Shown here piece by piece: positions 13,801 to 30,009 of a stretch of 64,000 nucleotides of DNA. Position 1 is the stretch's first letter, and every line of letters begins with the position of its first letter. The notes under the pieces are model-generated. The model did not search any database, was not told the origin of the DNA, and was given only the letters and a program-made list of their open reading frames with translations. A program made the translations under genes and the position numbers. The stretch is from Chrysomallon squamiferum (taxonomy: Eukaryota > Animalia > Mollusca): assembly GCA_012295275.1 (NCBI GenBank), contig CM022678.1, forward strand, positions 8,680,001 through 8,744,000, written 5' to 3'.

Positions 13801-16800
13801 CGTGTATTATCTTTATCTCCATTATGTGTATCAGTGTATCTGTGTGTGTATCTATGTAAGTATGCTTTGTGCGTGTTTTATCTTTATCTCCATTATGTGT
13901 ATCAGTGTCTGTGTGTGTGTATCTATGTAAGTATACTTTGTGCGTGTTTTATCTTTATCTCCATTATGTGTATCAGTGTCTGTGTGTGTGTATCTATGTA
14001 AGTATACTTTGTGCGTGTTTTTATCTTTATCTCCTTTATGTGTATCAGTGTGTGTGTGTGTGTGTATCTATGTAAGTATACTTTGTGCGTGTTTTATCTT
14101 TATCTCCATTATGTGTATCAGTGTCTGTGTGTGTGTATCTATGTAACTATACTTTGTGCGTGTTTTTTTTTTATCTTTATCTCCATTATGTGTATCAGAG
14201 TCTGTGTGTGTATATCTATGTAACTATATTTTGTGCGTGTTTTATCTTTATCTCCTTTATGTGTATCAGTGTGTATGTGTGTATCAATGTAAGTATATTT
14301 TTTGCGTGTTTTATCTTTATCTCCATTATGTGTATCAGCGTCTGTGTGTGTGTGTCTCTATGTAAGTATACTTTGTGCTTGTTTTATCTTTATCTCCATT
14401 ATGTGTATCAGTGTGTGTGTGTGTGTATCTATGTAAGTATACTTTGTGCGTGTATTTTATCTTTATCTCCTTTATGTGTATCAGGGTGTGTGTGTGTGTA
14501 TCTATGTAACTATACTTTGTGCGTGTTTTATCTTTATCTCCATTATGTGTATCTATGTGTAAATTCGTGTGTATCTATGTAAGTATACTTTGAGCGTGTA
14601 TTATCTTTATCTCCTTTATGTGTATCAGTGTCTGTGTGTGTGTATCTATGTAAGTATACCTTGTGCATGTTTTACCTTTATCTCCATTATGTGTATCAGT
14701 GTGTGTGTATATCTACGTAACTATACTTCGTGCGTGTTTTCTCTTTATCTCCATTATGTGTATCAGGGTCTGCGTGTGTATATCTATGTAACTATACTTC
14801 GTGCTTGTTTTATCTTTATCTCCTTTATGTGTATCAGAGTCTGTGTGTGTATATCTATGTAACTATACTTTGTGCGTGTTTTTTTATTTATCTCCATTAT
14901 GTGTATCAGTGTGTGTGTGTGTATATCTATGTAAGTATACTTTGTGCGTGTTTTTTATCTTTATCTCCATTATGTGTATCAGTGTTTCTGTGTGTATATC
15001 TATGTAAGTATATTTTGTGCGTGTTTTATCTTTATCTCCATTATGTGTATCAGTGTGTGTGTATATCTATGTTATATCTGTGTGTATCTCCATTATGTTA
15101 TCATACTTTGTGCGTGTGTATCTATGTAAGTATACTTTGTGCGTGTTTTATCTTTATCTCCTTTATGTGTATCAGTGTGTTTGTGTGTGTATCTATGTAA
15201 GTATACTTTGTGCGTGTTTTATCTTTATCTCCATTATGTGTATCAGTGTTTCTGTGTGTGTATTTATGTAACTATACTTTGTGCGTGTTTTATCTTTATC
15301 TCCATTATGTGTATCAGTGTGTGTGTGTGTGTGTGTGTATCTATGTGAGTATACTTTGTGCATGTTATCTTTATGTAATTATGTTTTGTGTGTGTGTATT
15401 TATGTAAGTATCTTTTATCTTTATCTCCATTATGTGTATCAGTGTCTCTGTGTGTGTATATCTATGTAACTATACTTTGTGCGTGTTTTTTTATTTTATC
15501 TCCATTATGTGTATCAGTGTGTCTGTGTGTGTATCTATGTAACTATACTTTGTGCCTGTTTTTTATCTTTATCTCCTTTATGTGTATCAGTGTGTGTGTG
15601 TGTATCTATGTAAGTATACTTTGTGCGTGTTTTTTATCTTTATCTCCATTATGTGTATCAGTGTCTGTGTGTGTATCTATGTAACTATACTTTGTGCGTG
15701 TTTTATCTTTATCTCCATTATGTGTATCAGTGTCTGTGTGTGTATATCTATGTAACTATACTTTGTGCGTGTTTTATCTTTATCTCCATTATGTGTATCA
15801 GTGTGTGTGTATATCTATGTAACTATACTTCGTGCGTGTTTTTTATCTTTATCTCCATTATGTGTATCAGGGTCTGCGTGTGTGTATATCTATGTAACTA
15901 TACTTTGTGCTTGTTTTTTATCTTTATCTCCTTTATGTGTATCAGTGTCTGTGTGTGTATATCTATGTAACTATACTTTGTGCGTGTTTTTTATCTTTAT
16001 CTCCATTATGTGTATCAGTGTCTGTGTGTGTGTATCTATGTAAGTATACTTTGTGCGTGTTTTATCTTTATCTCCATTATGTGTATCAGTGTTTCTGTGT
16101 GTATATCTATGTAAGTATATTTTGTGCGTGTTTTATCTTTATCTCCATTATGTGTATCAGTGTATCTGTGTGTACATCTATGTTAGTATACTTTGTGCGT
16201 GTTTATCTATATCTCCATTTTATCTTTTATCTCCTTTATGTGTATCAGTGTGTGTGTGTATCTATGTAAGTATACTTTGTTCGTGTTTTATCTTTATCTC
16301 CATTATGTGTATCAGTGTTTCTGTGTGTGTATTTATGTAACTATACTTTGTGCGTGTTTTATCTTTATCTCCATTATGTGTATCAGTGTCTGTGTGTGTG
16401 TGTGTGTATCTATGTGAGTATACTTTGTGCATGTGTATCTATGTAAGTATACTTTGTGCGTGTTTTTTATCTTTATCTCCATTATGTGTATCAGTTGTGT
16501 GTGTGTGTATATCTATGTAACTATACTTTGTGCGTGTTTTTTATCTTTATCTCCTTTATGTGTATCAGTGTGTGTGTGTGTATCTATGTATGTAACTATA
16601 CTTTGTGCGTGTTTTATTTTTATCTTTATCTCCTTTATGTGTATCAGTGTTTGTGTGTGTGTATCTATGTAAGTATACTTTGTGCGTGTTTTATCTTTAT
16701 CTCCATTATGTGTATCAGTGTGTGTGTGTGTGTATCTATGTAAGTAACTATACTTTGTGCGTGTTTTTTTTATCTTTATCTCCATTATGTGTATCAGTGT

Positions 16801-17751
16801 GTGTGTGTATATCTATGTAACTATACTTTGTGCGTGTTTTTTATCTTTATCTCCATTATGTGTATCAGTGTTTCTGTGTGTGTATATCTATGTAACTATA
16901 CTTTGTGCGTGTTTTATCTTTATCTCCATTATGTGTATCAGTGTCTGTGTGTGTGTATATCTATGTAACTATACTTTGTGCGTGTTTTTTTTCTTTATCT
17001 CCATTATGTGTATCAGTGTTTCTGTGTGTGTATTTCTTTATGTAACTATACTTTGTGCGTGTTTTTATCTTTATCTCCATTATGTGTATCAGTGTCTGTG
17101 TGTGTGTGTATCTATGTAACTATACTTTGTGCGTGTTTTTTATCTTTATCTCCATTATGTGTATCAGTGTGTGTGTGTATATCTATGTAACTATACTTTG
17201 TGCGTGTTTTATCTTTATCTCCATTATGTGTATCAGTTGTGTGTGTGTGTGTGTCTATGTAACTATATACTTTGTGCGTGTTTTTTTATCTTTATCTCCA
17301 TTATGTGTATCAGTGTGTGTGTGTGTATCTATGTAACTATACTTTGTGCGTGTTTTTTTTATCTTTATCTCCTTTATGTGTATCAGTGTGTGTGTGTATA
17401 TCTATGTAAGTATACTTTGTGCGTGTTTTTTCTTTATCTCCATTATGTGTATCAGTGTCTGTGTGTGTGTATCTATGTAAACTATACTTTGTGCGTGTTT
17501 TTTTCTTTATCTCCATTATGTGTATCAGTGTCTGTGTGTGTGTGTGTGTGTAACTATAACTATGCTTTGTGCGTGTTTTTTTTCTTTATCTCCATTATGT
17601 GTATCAGTGTGTGTGTGTGTGTGTATCTATGTAACTATACTTTGTGCGTGTTTTATTCTTTATCTCCATTATGTGTATCAGTGTTTCTGTGTGTGTATTT
17701 ATGTAACTATACTTTATGCGTGTTTTATCTTTATCTCTATTATGTGTATCA

Positions 17752-17787
<36 letters not shown>

Positions 17788-20499
17788 CTATGTAAGTATA
17801 CTTTGTGCGTGTTTTTTATCTTTATCTCCATTATGTGTATCAGTGTTTCTGTGTGTGTATCTATGTAACTATACTTTGTGCGTGTTTTTTCTTTATCTCC
17901 ATTATGTGTATCAGTGTGTGTGTGTGTGTGTGTGTATCTATGTAACTATACTTTGTGCGTGTTTTTCATCTTTATCTCCTTTATGTGTATCAGTGTCTGT
18001 GTGTGTGTATCTATGTAACTATACTTTGTGCGTGTTTTTTCTTTATCTCCATTATGTGTATCAGTGTGTGTGTGTGTGTATCTCTATGTAACTATACTTT
18101 GTGCGTGTTTTATCTTTATCTCTATTATGTGTATCAGTGTCTGTGTGTGTGTGTGTGTGTGTATATCTATGTAAGTATACTTTGTGCGTGTTTTATCTTT
18201 ATCTCCATTATGTGTATCAGTGTTTCTGTGTGTGTATTTATGTAAGTATACTTTGTGAGTGTTTTATCTTTATCTCCATTATGTGTATCAGTGTTTCTGT
18301 GTGTGTATTTATGTAACTATACTTTGTGCGTGTTTTTTATCTTTATCTCTATTATGTGTATCAGTGTCTGTGTGTGTGTGTGTGTATCTATGTAAGTATA
18401 CTTTGTGCGTGTTTTATCTTTATCTCTATTATGTGTATCAGTGTCTGTGTGTGTGTGTGTATTTATGTAAGTATACTTTGTGCGTGTTTTATCTTTATCT
18501 CCATTATGTGTATCAGTGTGTGTGTGTGTGTGTTTATGTAAATATACTTTGTGCGTGTTTTTTCTTTATCTCCATTATGTGTATCAGTGTGTGTATGTGT
18601 GTGTGTGTATCTATGTTAGTATACTTTGTGCGTGTTTTTATCTTTATCTCCATTATGTGTATCAGTGTTTGTGTGTGTGTGTGTGTATATATGTAACTAT
18701 ACTTTGTGCGTGTTTTTTCTCTTTCTCTCCTTTATGTGTATCAGTGTGTGTGTGTGTGTGTGTGTGTGTATCTATGTAACTATACTTTGTGCGTGTTTTT
18801 TTTTCTTTATCTCCATTATGTGTATCAGTGTGTGTGTGTGTATATCTATGTAACTATACTTTGTGCGTGTTTTTCTTTTATCTCCATTATGTGTATCAGT
18901 GTGTGTGTGTGTGTATCTATGTAAGTATACTTTGTGCGTGTTTTTTATCTTTATCTCCATTATGTGTATCAGTGTTTGTGTGTGTGTATCTATGTAAGTA
19001 TACTTTGTGCGTGTTTTATCTTTATCTCCATTATGTGTATCAGTGTCTGTGTGTGTGTATCTATGTAACTATACTTTGTGCGTGTTTTTTATCTTTATCT
19101 CCATTTCGTGTATCAGTGTGTGTGTGTCTATGTATGTATATCTTTTGTGTGTGTATCTATGTAAGTATACTTTGTGCGTGTTTTTTATCTTTATCTCCAT
19201 TATGTGTATCAGTGTATCTGTGTGTATACCTATGTATGTAAGTATACTTTGTGGCGTGTTTTTCTTTTATCTCCATTTCGTGTGTGTGTCAGTGTAAGTG
19301 TGTGTGTATCTTATCTTTGTAAGTATACTTTGTGCGTGTGTTATCTTTATCTTTATTGTGTGTTTTATCTTTATCTCCATTATGTGTATCATCAGTGTGT
19401 GTGTGTGTGTATCTATGTAACTATACTTTTGTGCGTTTTTATCTTTATCTCCATTTATGTATCAGTGTGTGTGTGTGTATATCTATGTAACTATACTTTG
19501 TGCGTGTTTTTATCTTTATCTCCATTATGTGTATCAGTGTGTGTGTGTGTGTATCTATGTAACTATACTTTTGTGCGTGTTTTTTATCTTTATCTCCATT
19601 ATGTGTATCAGTGTGTGTGTGTGTGTGTATCTATGTAAGTATACTTTGTGCGTGTTTTTTTTATCTTTATCTCCATTATGTGTATCAGTGTGTGTGTGTG
19701 TGTATCTATATGTAAGTATACTTTGTGCGTGTTTTATCTTTATCTCCATTATGTGTATCAGTGTGTCTGTGTGTGTATTTATGTAAGTATACTTTTGTGC
19801 GTGTTTTATCTTTTTCTCCATTATGTGTATCAGTGTCTGTGTGTGTGTGTCTATGTAAGTATACTTTGTGTGTGTTTTTTCTTTATCTCTTTATGTGTAT
19901 CAGTGTCTGTGTGTGTGTGTATCTATGTTAGTATACTTTGTGCGTGTTTTTTTCTTTTTCTCCATTATGTGTATCACTGTGTGTGTGTGTGTGTGTGTAT
20001 GTTAGTATGATTTGTGCGTGTTTTTTATTTTATCCTCATTATGTGTATCAGTGTGTGTGTGTGTGTATCTATGTAAGTATATTTTGTGTGCGTGTTTTAT
20101 CTTTATTTCCATTATGTGTATCAGTGTATGTGTGTGTATCTATGTATATACTATGTATGTTTTATCTTTATCTCCATTATGTGTATCAGTGTGTGTATGT
20201 GTATGTATGTAAGTATACTTTGTGCGTGTATTATCTTTATCTCCATTATGTGTATCAGTGTCTGTGTGTGTATATCTATGTAACTATACTTTGTGCGTGT
20301 TTTTTTTATCTTTATCTCCATTTGTGTGTATCAGTGTGTGTGTGTGTATGTATGTATGTGTATGTATACTTTGTGTGTGTGTATCTATGTAATGTATACT
20401 TTGTTCGTGTTTTATCTTTATCTCCATTATGTGTATCTGTGTATCTGTGTGTATACCTATGTAAGTATTCTTTGTGCGTGTTTTATCTTGATCCCTATT

Positions 20500-20500
<1 letters not shown>
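4852..20500. repeat. ~71-bp satellite array with variable internal (GT)n
   Basis: Consensus ~TATCTATGTAA(G/C)TATACTTTGTGCGTGTTTTATCTTTATCTCCATTATGTGTATCAGT(GT)n. Spurious ORF starts at 13798, 13869, 13940 and 14011 show a 71-bp period. Confidence 0.97.
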
Positions 20501-22360
<1,860 letters not shown>

Positions 22361-22946
22361 TTTTTCTTCTTTCTTCTTATTTATTCTTTGGATTAAAAAA
22401 TAAATATATAAAAAATTAGCCTTAATTTCATGTCTAAGAGAGAAATTTATAAAATATATCAAGCAGAATAAAAATGTAAAAGTTGAAAACTTTTTTCCCA
22501 CACGTGGGCCAATGGCGCGCACCTTTTGCACGTGTTGAAACATTTCTCCCGACCCGCGGGGAAAGTGTCACAGAGCTTTTTCACATGTTGAAAATGCTAG
22601 GGATCTCCAAAACAATAATTTGTATTAGCTGTTAATAATAAATTTATAATAAATCTCAACAGTGAACTGCTTTGTTCTACACTGATATTATACACATTAA
22701 TTATATTATACAGACAGACATACATACATACATACAGTTAGGTGAATACATAGGTAGCTATACAGACAAAGAGATCACGAAACAATGTAAAATAGTTTTA
22801 AAATTTAAATGAAATAAAGACAGAACAATTTTTTTATTATCATATAAATATTTTATTGCACTTTTGTCTGATTACATTGTAGTATGTACAAATATGTACA
22901 ACATTCATTGAAATAAATTACTTTTAAAAATAATAGAATAGTTTAG

Positions 22947-23085
<139 letters not shown>

Positions 23086-23389
23086 GACAAAACTTGGTGA
23101 AAATTTCAAAAGTAAATCAGAGTCTGTTTTAAAGTGAAATCTATTTTGTAATTTAGCAAGTTTAAACGATAAACTAATTCATAATAAATAAATAACATAT
23201 GTAAAAATAAACAATATTTAAAAATAAATAAATAACATTTAAAAATAAAGAAAGTAAACAAATTAACTAAATTAATTACCTTACAGTAAATAAATAACTG
23301 ATTTTCTGTTTATTTATCAGAAAGAAATGTCTGTGGACTTTCAACTTCAAAACAGTTCAGTGAAACTAACTTAGCAGACAGTTTGAAGT

Positions 23390-24850
23390 TTACTTTTTAC
23401 ACCACGTAAATATTTTTATTTCATCGTTAGTTTCCACGTAGAGTTTGTTGTCATCACAACAGACACACCAAGGACTGGACAGTCCATCCTGGTCAGTGAG
23501 GATGTCACGTGTAATGTTACCATCTCGAGACAGCTGAACAACACAATTTCTATTTCAACTACAAACAAAAATATTTCCCTCCCTGTCACATGTAACACCT
23601 GTCAAGTCTCTCAGTTTGTCTGAATCACGTGACTTCCATTTGACGTCACCTGATGACGTCACACAAAATAAACTGTTTTCTCTCAGTGACACAACAATCA
23701 GACATTGATCGTGAACTGTGAGAAACCACGGACTGGGGATCAAATCTGTTGAGATAGAATTAATGAGCTGACCACTGTCTGTCAGTATGTCCAAGCACTC
23801 ATTAAACCACCCACCAGTGACCGCGAGACGGTTGCCAGGTAACACAGAGATAAACTCATACTTTTTACCAGTTGTAATTGTTTTTATCAGTTTGAAGTTT
23901 TCCAAATTTAAAAACAATATTTTATTTTCATCTGGCAGAACAACGACAACAACAACATCACCCTGCTGATCACGTGACTCAGCAAGACCGCATGGACGAG
24001 TGGAAGTCACGTGTTTGTTTATCAGTGATTTTCTTTCTAAACAAAAACATTTTACACATTTATTGTTTCAATCACTAACAACAATTTTACTCTTGTCCTC
24101 ACCTGACACCAGGATGGAAGACACAACAGGATTTGTTTTATCTTCTTGTGTTTTTGTGTTAATGGTGTCTGTGTGTTTGAGTGTGTTTTTGTGTTAATGG
24201 TGTCTGTGTGTTTGAGTGTGTCTGTCTGTTTGTCTATCTGTGTGTCTGTGTGTTGTGTTTTTGTGTTAATGGTGTCTGTGTGTTTGAGTGTGTCTGTCTG
24301 TTTGTCTATCTGTGTGTCTGTTTGGATGTTTGTGATTATTTCACCGATGTGTACAGACATTTCTTTCTTTTTATCAGATTTTCTGAGATTTATTTTGAAT
24401 TCTGCTTTTTCTATTTGTGAAAGAGAATTTGACAGAAACTTTGAAGTTGTGTTTTGAAGTTCGGTGAATTTTGGAAGATTTGTTTTTATGTCTGACTCTG
24501 ATTTTTCTTTTAACAAACCCTCACCAAGTTTTATAAACTTTTCATTTTCATCAATCAGATGTTTATGTTCACTAAACAATTTTTCTATTTCTGAGTTTAC
24601 AAAGTTCTGAGATTTTTCTATTTCTCTTATTAGCCTGTCTTGTTCTTTGTGGACTGCGGCTGTGAAATCTGTGATTAGTGTGTTACCAATCCTTCTGACC
24701 TCTTCTGTGGTGTCCACGACGTTGATGTCGACGGCTTGGCGAAGTTGCTCAATCTTATCATCCATCTCTGTCTGAAGAATTTCTTTAAAGTTTTGAGACT
24801 CTCAGAAACAGAACTCAGAATTGAAATGTGACCTCCCTTTTTAGCTGAAA

Positions 24851-24881
<31 letters not shown>

Positions 24882-25346
24882 TAATAATAGAATTAGTAAT
24901 TATTATTAATAAAGATATGCATACATTGTGAAGAGTTATAGAATTTATTTTATCAACTAAATGTAAAATCTTAGTAGAAAAATGTTATAGATAAAATGTC
25001 CTCTATTTCATTATGCTACGATAGTTAATACAACAACAAATATTTTTAGTAAAATGACAGTGTATTTTTTTTAAATTATTGTATTGTAATGCTGAATCAA
25101 AACACAACACTGCTGACTCACAAAACTTTGAATGTTCTATTTTGTTAATGGCGTCCACCAGTGACTTGTTTATAGAGAATTGAGCTGCCCATGTTTCCAC
25201 TGGTTTCGTGCTGTCTGGAATGTGGACATTCTGCCTGCAGAACGGGCAGCTTATTTCTGTGTCGTTGTTGTTGTAATGTGTGCTGATGTAATTCTGCAGG
25301 CATTTCAAGCAGAACGAATGTCCACATGAAAAAACTCTTGGTTTGT
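23390..25346 (-). pseudogene. RING-coiled-coil-NHL gene, copy 2, disrupted; 5' end lost in gap
   Basis: Partial RING exon 25346-25122 (KPRVFSCGHSFCLKC...CPFCR), intron 25121-24845, exon 24844-23390 ending WCKK*. Lesions: 1-bp deletion ~24790, a 35-bp partial linker repeat at 24147-24181 (frameshift), TGA at 24068-24070, TGA at 23555-23557. Confidence 0.85.
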
Positions 25347-25546
25347 NNNNNNNNNNNNNNNNNNNNNNNNNNNNNNNNNNNNNNNNNNNNNNNNNNNNNN
25401 NNNNNNNNNNNNNNNNNNNNNNNNNNNNNNNNNNNNNNNNNNNNNNNNNNNNNNNNNNNNNNNNNNNNNNNNNNNNNNNNNNNNNNNNNNNNNNNNNNNN
25501 NNNNNNNNNNNNNNNNNNNNNNNNNNNNNNNNNNNNNNNNNNNNNN
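25347..25546. other. Assembly gap (200 N)
   Basis: Run of N; truncates copy 2 in its RING exon. Confidence 1.
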
Positions 25547-25963
25547 TTGTGTACTTCAGTTCACGTTACGTGGTTATTGTTACTAGTTATGGATAAAGTG
25601 ATTTACGGTATTTTATAATGTTAGAATATAATCTACTTGTTTGCAACTTTCAGCTTTTTTTAATAATTATTTTTTTAACGTTTATTATTATTATTTGATG
25701 TTTAATATTATTATCATTATTATTATTTGTAATTAAACTTGAAAAGTATGTTTTCATCTTCAAGTTTTCTCTCATTGTTATATAATTAGTATTTTGATTT
25801 TTCTGTTCTGTTCTTTTTCTTATTTTAATATTTTCTTAAAATAAAATTATTTATTGATTGATTTATTTATTTATTTATCCATCATTATGTCATTAATTGT
25901 TTTTGAGATTTCAAGTAATATAACACAAGCTTTTAAATTGTTTTGTTTTTGTTTTTCTGTTAG

Positions 25964-28078
25964 TTTGCTGCAATGTACTTACACAAAACAGGCAGACAGG
26001 GGGAGCCACCTACAGAAGACCTCCATTTCCAGGTACATTAATCATTAATCAAAACAATATAAATTTGTGTCATGTGACACCATCTCCAGGTACATTAATC
26101 ATAAACAATATAAATTATACAATTTGTGGTGACAACAGGATTCTGTAGTCTAACTCCATTACATCATAAACCTCTCCTACAACCATGTACTTGATGCTTA
26201 CTTTTTATTTTACAAAGTTCATAATTATTTATGGATTTATAGCTAATACTAATTTGTTTTAATTTATTTTTAGTTTTTTTTTTTTATTTTTTCAGACTTT
26301 TACCGGTTAGGAAGAAGAACTCCGAGAAAGGATGGAAGTGAAGCTGGTGAATATTCAGGTTAGATAACTCTATTATTAAAAGCAAATTTATTACTACATC
26401 ATCATTATTCATACTTTTATTATTGTCGTTTTTGTTATTCTCAGTATGAATATCATAGCTAGCTAATCATAAAATATAATATTAGATGCACACATATTTT
26501 TTACTTTTTATTTTTATCCATTTTAACTGTTAGGAATTGCTTCACAGTATTGTGAAACTGAATGTTTTAATGTTTAAAATTGAACACATTCTTATCCTTT
26601 CACATTAAAAAGATTGTAAAATATAGTTAAATTTCTTTCAGTCAGGATAGGACAGTAACATTTCTAAACCTAAAAAACCCACTTTATTCATTTTTTGAAT
26701 CCTAAATTAATCACAGTGTTTAGTTTGTCAGTGTTGTTGTGTTTCTTTGTTTGAACAGGACCAAAGCTGTACATGAAGCCAAGTTCTAAATCTAATCATC
26801 ACATCATCCTCAACGCCATCAGCCACTGCTGCCTCGCAGGCATCATCAACACAGACTGAAAAACAAAGTTTTAGAGGTGACACTTAATACATACTTCTAT
26901 CTCATACACTTCATTTAATTTTCTTCTAGAATTATTCTTTCATTGCATTTGATTGTCTTCAAGGAAACAAACAATAATAAGAAACACATAGATTTTGTAA
27001 GTGAATTAATTCGTTTTTCTGATTTATCCTACTCTTGTTAATGTACAGTATTTTACTATTAGAGGTGACACTTAATATATATTTCTATCTCATACACTTC
27101 ATTTAATTTTCTTGCAGAATTATTCTTTCATTATATTTGATTGTCTTTAAGAAAACAAACAATAATAACAAACACACAGATTTTATAAGTGAATTAATTC
27201 TTTTTTCTGATTTATCCTACTCTTGTTAATGTACAGTATTTTACTGTTGTTTGTTATTATTGTGTGTTTTTGTTTTGTTCCAGTGACAACATACATTTCT
27301 AAGTCTGATCACCGTGCTGAGGTATTTTCACTGACAGATCATTGTTATTAATTGTTGTAGAATTATAGAAATACCTCAGAGTGGAATAAATCTACAGGAT
27401 AGGTGTGAGTGTCTATAATTTTATCAGTAATGACTTTAATTTTATACCATTTGTTATTATTGCAAAGCAAAATCAGCTTTAGCTACATCTGAATCCTTTC
27501 TGTAAATACCAAATAGGTATTTTTATTTTTTATCTATTTTTTTGTTTATCAGTATATTTATATTTTTTTATCAGTTTATTTATTCATTTATTTGTTTGTT
27601 TGTGTATTTGTTTGTTTGTTTATTTGCTTGTCTGTTTGTGTATCTAGGAACTGGCTAAGTCTGATGCTAAACACTTTGTAATTCTGTTCTGAGATGGAGG
27701 ATGTCAGTACAGGGCTCTATATTCTTTCACACCCGAAACAGACGAAGTTATCAAAATTTATGGTGTGGGACCTAAAGAAATTACCAATAAAATGATTCAT
27801 AGGTTTTATAAGTGAGTATACATATTTAATATTTTAAACTGTCGTAGTAGGTATTGCTACATAAATAAATACTTTTATAAGTAAGCACATATTTAATATA
27901 TTTTTATGTCTAACATCATGTACATTGCTATATAAATAAGTAGTTTTGATAAGAAAGTTTATTTTTATATTATTTTAAATCTGTCTACATCTTTATAAAT
28001 TTGTACATTTCTCAACATGCAGCTCATTAATATAATCTAAAATATGTGTTTGCAAATAATGTATTTACTAATTAGTTA

Positions 28079-28127
<49 letters not shown>

Positions 28128-28654
28128 TTTAATATAAACTGAAAATAATTAGGTGAACTTTTAGTATAAAATGAAATTTAAATTTTTGTGTTTCTCAATA
28201 AAAAAAATGATAGAGCCTATAACAAGAACTTAATCAGTGGTGTGATTAGATAGTGAGGATAAAAATTTATCAATATATAATTTCTTATTAATAAAAACCA
28301 AATACTTCATTTAGTTTTAAGTTCTTTTCTTATATTTTTTTTTTTTAATAATTTATTAATTATGTCACAGAAAAGACTGCTTAAGATTAAAATATTTCAG
28401 TGAATGTAAATGTGTTTTTAAGAATGCTTTCTGATTAGGAATGAGTCAATACTAATGAATTATTGTTTTACTTATTAATTACCATGTAATAAATTAATTA
28501 ATATTATTTTTTTTTTCTCACAGATATAATTCTGGGGCTAAAAGTTTCATTGACATCAAGCAAACATTTATCTGTGTCCATTGATGCTGTTGTTATTCAT
28601 AATTCTCTCTGGAAGACTGGGAAACCACCAGCAACGTCAAAGAAAGTGTATTAG
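25964..28654 (+). pseudogene. CAMSAP: CAMSAP/Patronin 3' fragment (CKK domain), intron-containing, disrupted
   Basis: GT-AG exons 25964-26032, 26296-26358, 26759-26876, 27648-27811 and 28524-28654 give ...EYSGPKLYMKPSSKSNHHIILNAISHCCLAG..KNKVLEELAKSDAKHFVILF*DGGCQYRALYSF...GVGPKEITNKMIHRFYKYNSGAKSF..KHLSVSIDAVVIH, the CKK signature. Frameshift ~26856, TGA 27690-27692 (conserved R), frameshift ~28558. Confidence 0.9.
26872..27245. repeat. ~187-bp tandem duplication including the splice donor of a CKK exon
   Basis: TAGAGGTGACACTTAATA...TGTACAGTATTTTACT starts at ~26872 and again at ~27060. Confidence 0.85.
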
Positions 28655-29652
28655 GAAGACGTAGATCTCACAACACACATCACCATCATCCTGACATCAT
28701 CAGCAGCTGCAGCAGCAGTTGGCTCTTTACATTGTTGTCATGGTTACAATTTATGGTGACAAATGTTTTGTACTTTTTATATTTTATTACTCCTTTGGAC
28801 AGTATTCTGTTTTTTCTTTTCTTTCTTTAATATCTTTACAATGAAAACACCAAGCTTTTCAAAAAGTTTTTCTTTCACTTTTTGCAGTAGTTTGTGAGAT
28901 GCAGAAAGTGTGTATTACAATTGTTTGTGTAATCTTTCAAAATATCTAAATATCTGAAGAAATATTTCATAGTTAAACAAAGTTTGTTTCTTTTCTTTAT
29001 TTCTTTATTTTTTTAAATCTTATAACCATGAATAAGATAAACTAAAAGCGACATTGGATATAAAACTCCTAATTTAGACAACATTGATCCACTTTTTGTT
29101 TTTATAAACACAAAAAATATATCAGTTACTTTCAAGAGCTTTTTCTTAGATAAACCATTCAGGTAATTTTATTTTATTTTATTATTATTATTATTTTTTT
29201 TTTTTTTTTACATAAATATTGCTTACATTTTCTCATTTTTAGTAAACTGTAACTGAATATTTAATCTCAATGCCTTATGACAAATAATACTTTTAATATT
29301 TCTTGTATGAGACATCTTTTCCATGTTCCTAATGTTCTTCATGTGAAGTAAATGTGACCTGTTTCTATAAAAGGTACACAAAGTTGCTAAGTCATTGTCA
29401 TGTTTTTATAAAGTGTTTCCAGCTTTACTGATCATTTTTATACCATCTTAATACTTGTAGTAAATTAAATAAACGTTTTTCAGAAAATGATTTACTTTTT
29501 TGATTAATGCAGTACCATTTGCTTCTGTTGCTTTTATTATTATTATTGTTGTTGTTTTAACAACATTGGAATTGACATAAGCAAAGATCATTAAATTATT
29601 AAAACTTGCTACAGTAAAAAAAAAAAGGATCTAGATTAATTGGAAACAAATA

Positions 29653-29695
<43 letters not shown>

Positions 29696-30009
29696 TAGAC
29701 AACAAAAAACATATAATATTAGTGTCGAGTTCTCAAACTGATTTATAAAAATATCCAAAATTTGAAATGATTTTGTTAAATAAAAACATTTATTTTTAAT
29801 CATGTGTTTTTCATTGTGGACCATATTGCTTCTGTGTTACATTTCCTGAATATGTGTAAATTTGGCTTTGATGATGTACATGAAGAAATTCATATCACTT
29901 TGTTTTGTCATTTTTCATACATTTTCATCTATTTTTCACAATACTTTGTTTCAATTCAGGTTTAATGTGCATTTTTAAAGCTACTTTAAATTTAAGTGTG
30001 CTGATTTTA

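Noticed and set aside
23555-24070. TGA codons as selenocysteine or A-to-I-edited Trp
   Set aside because: The same copies also carry frameshifts and no SECIS was recognised; recombination or consensus error is simpler.
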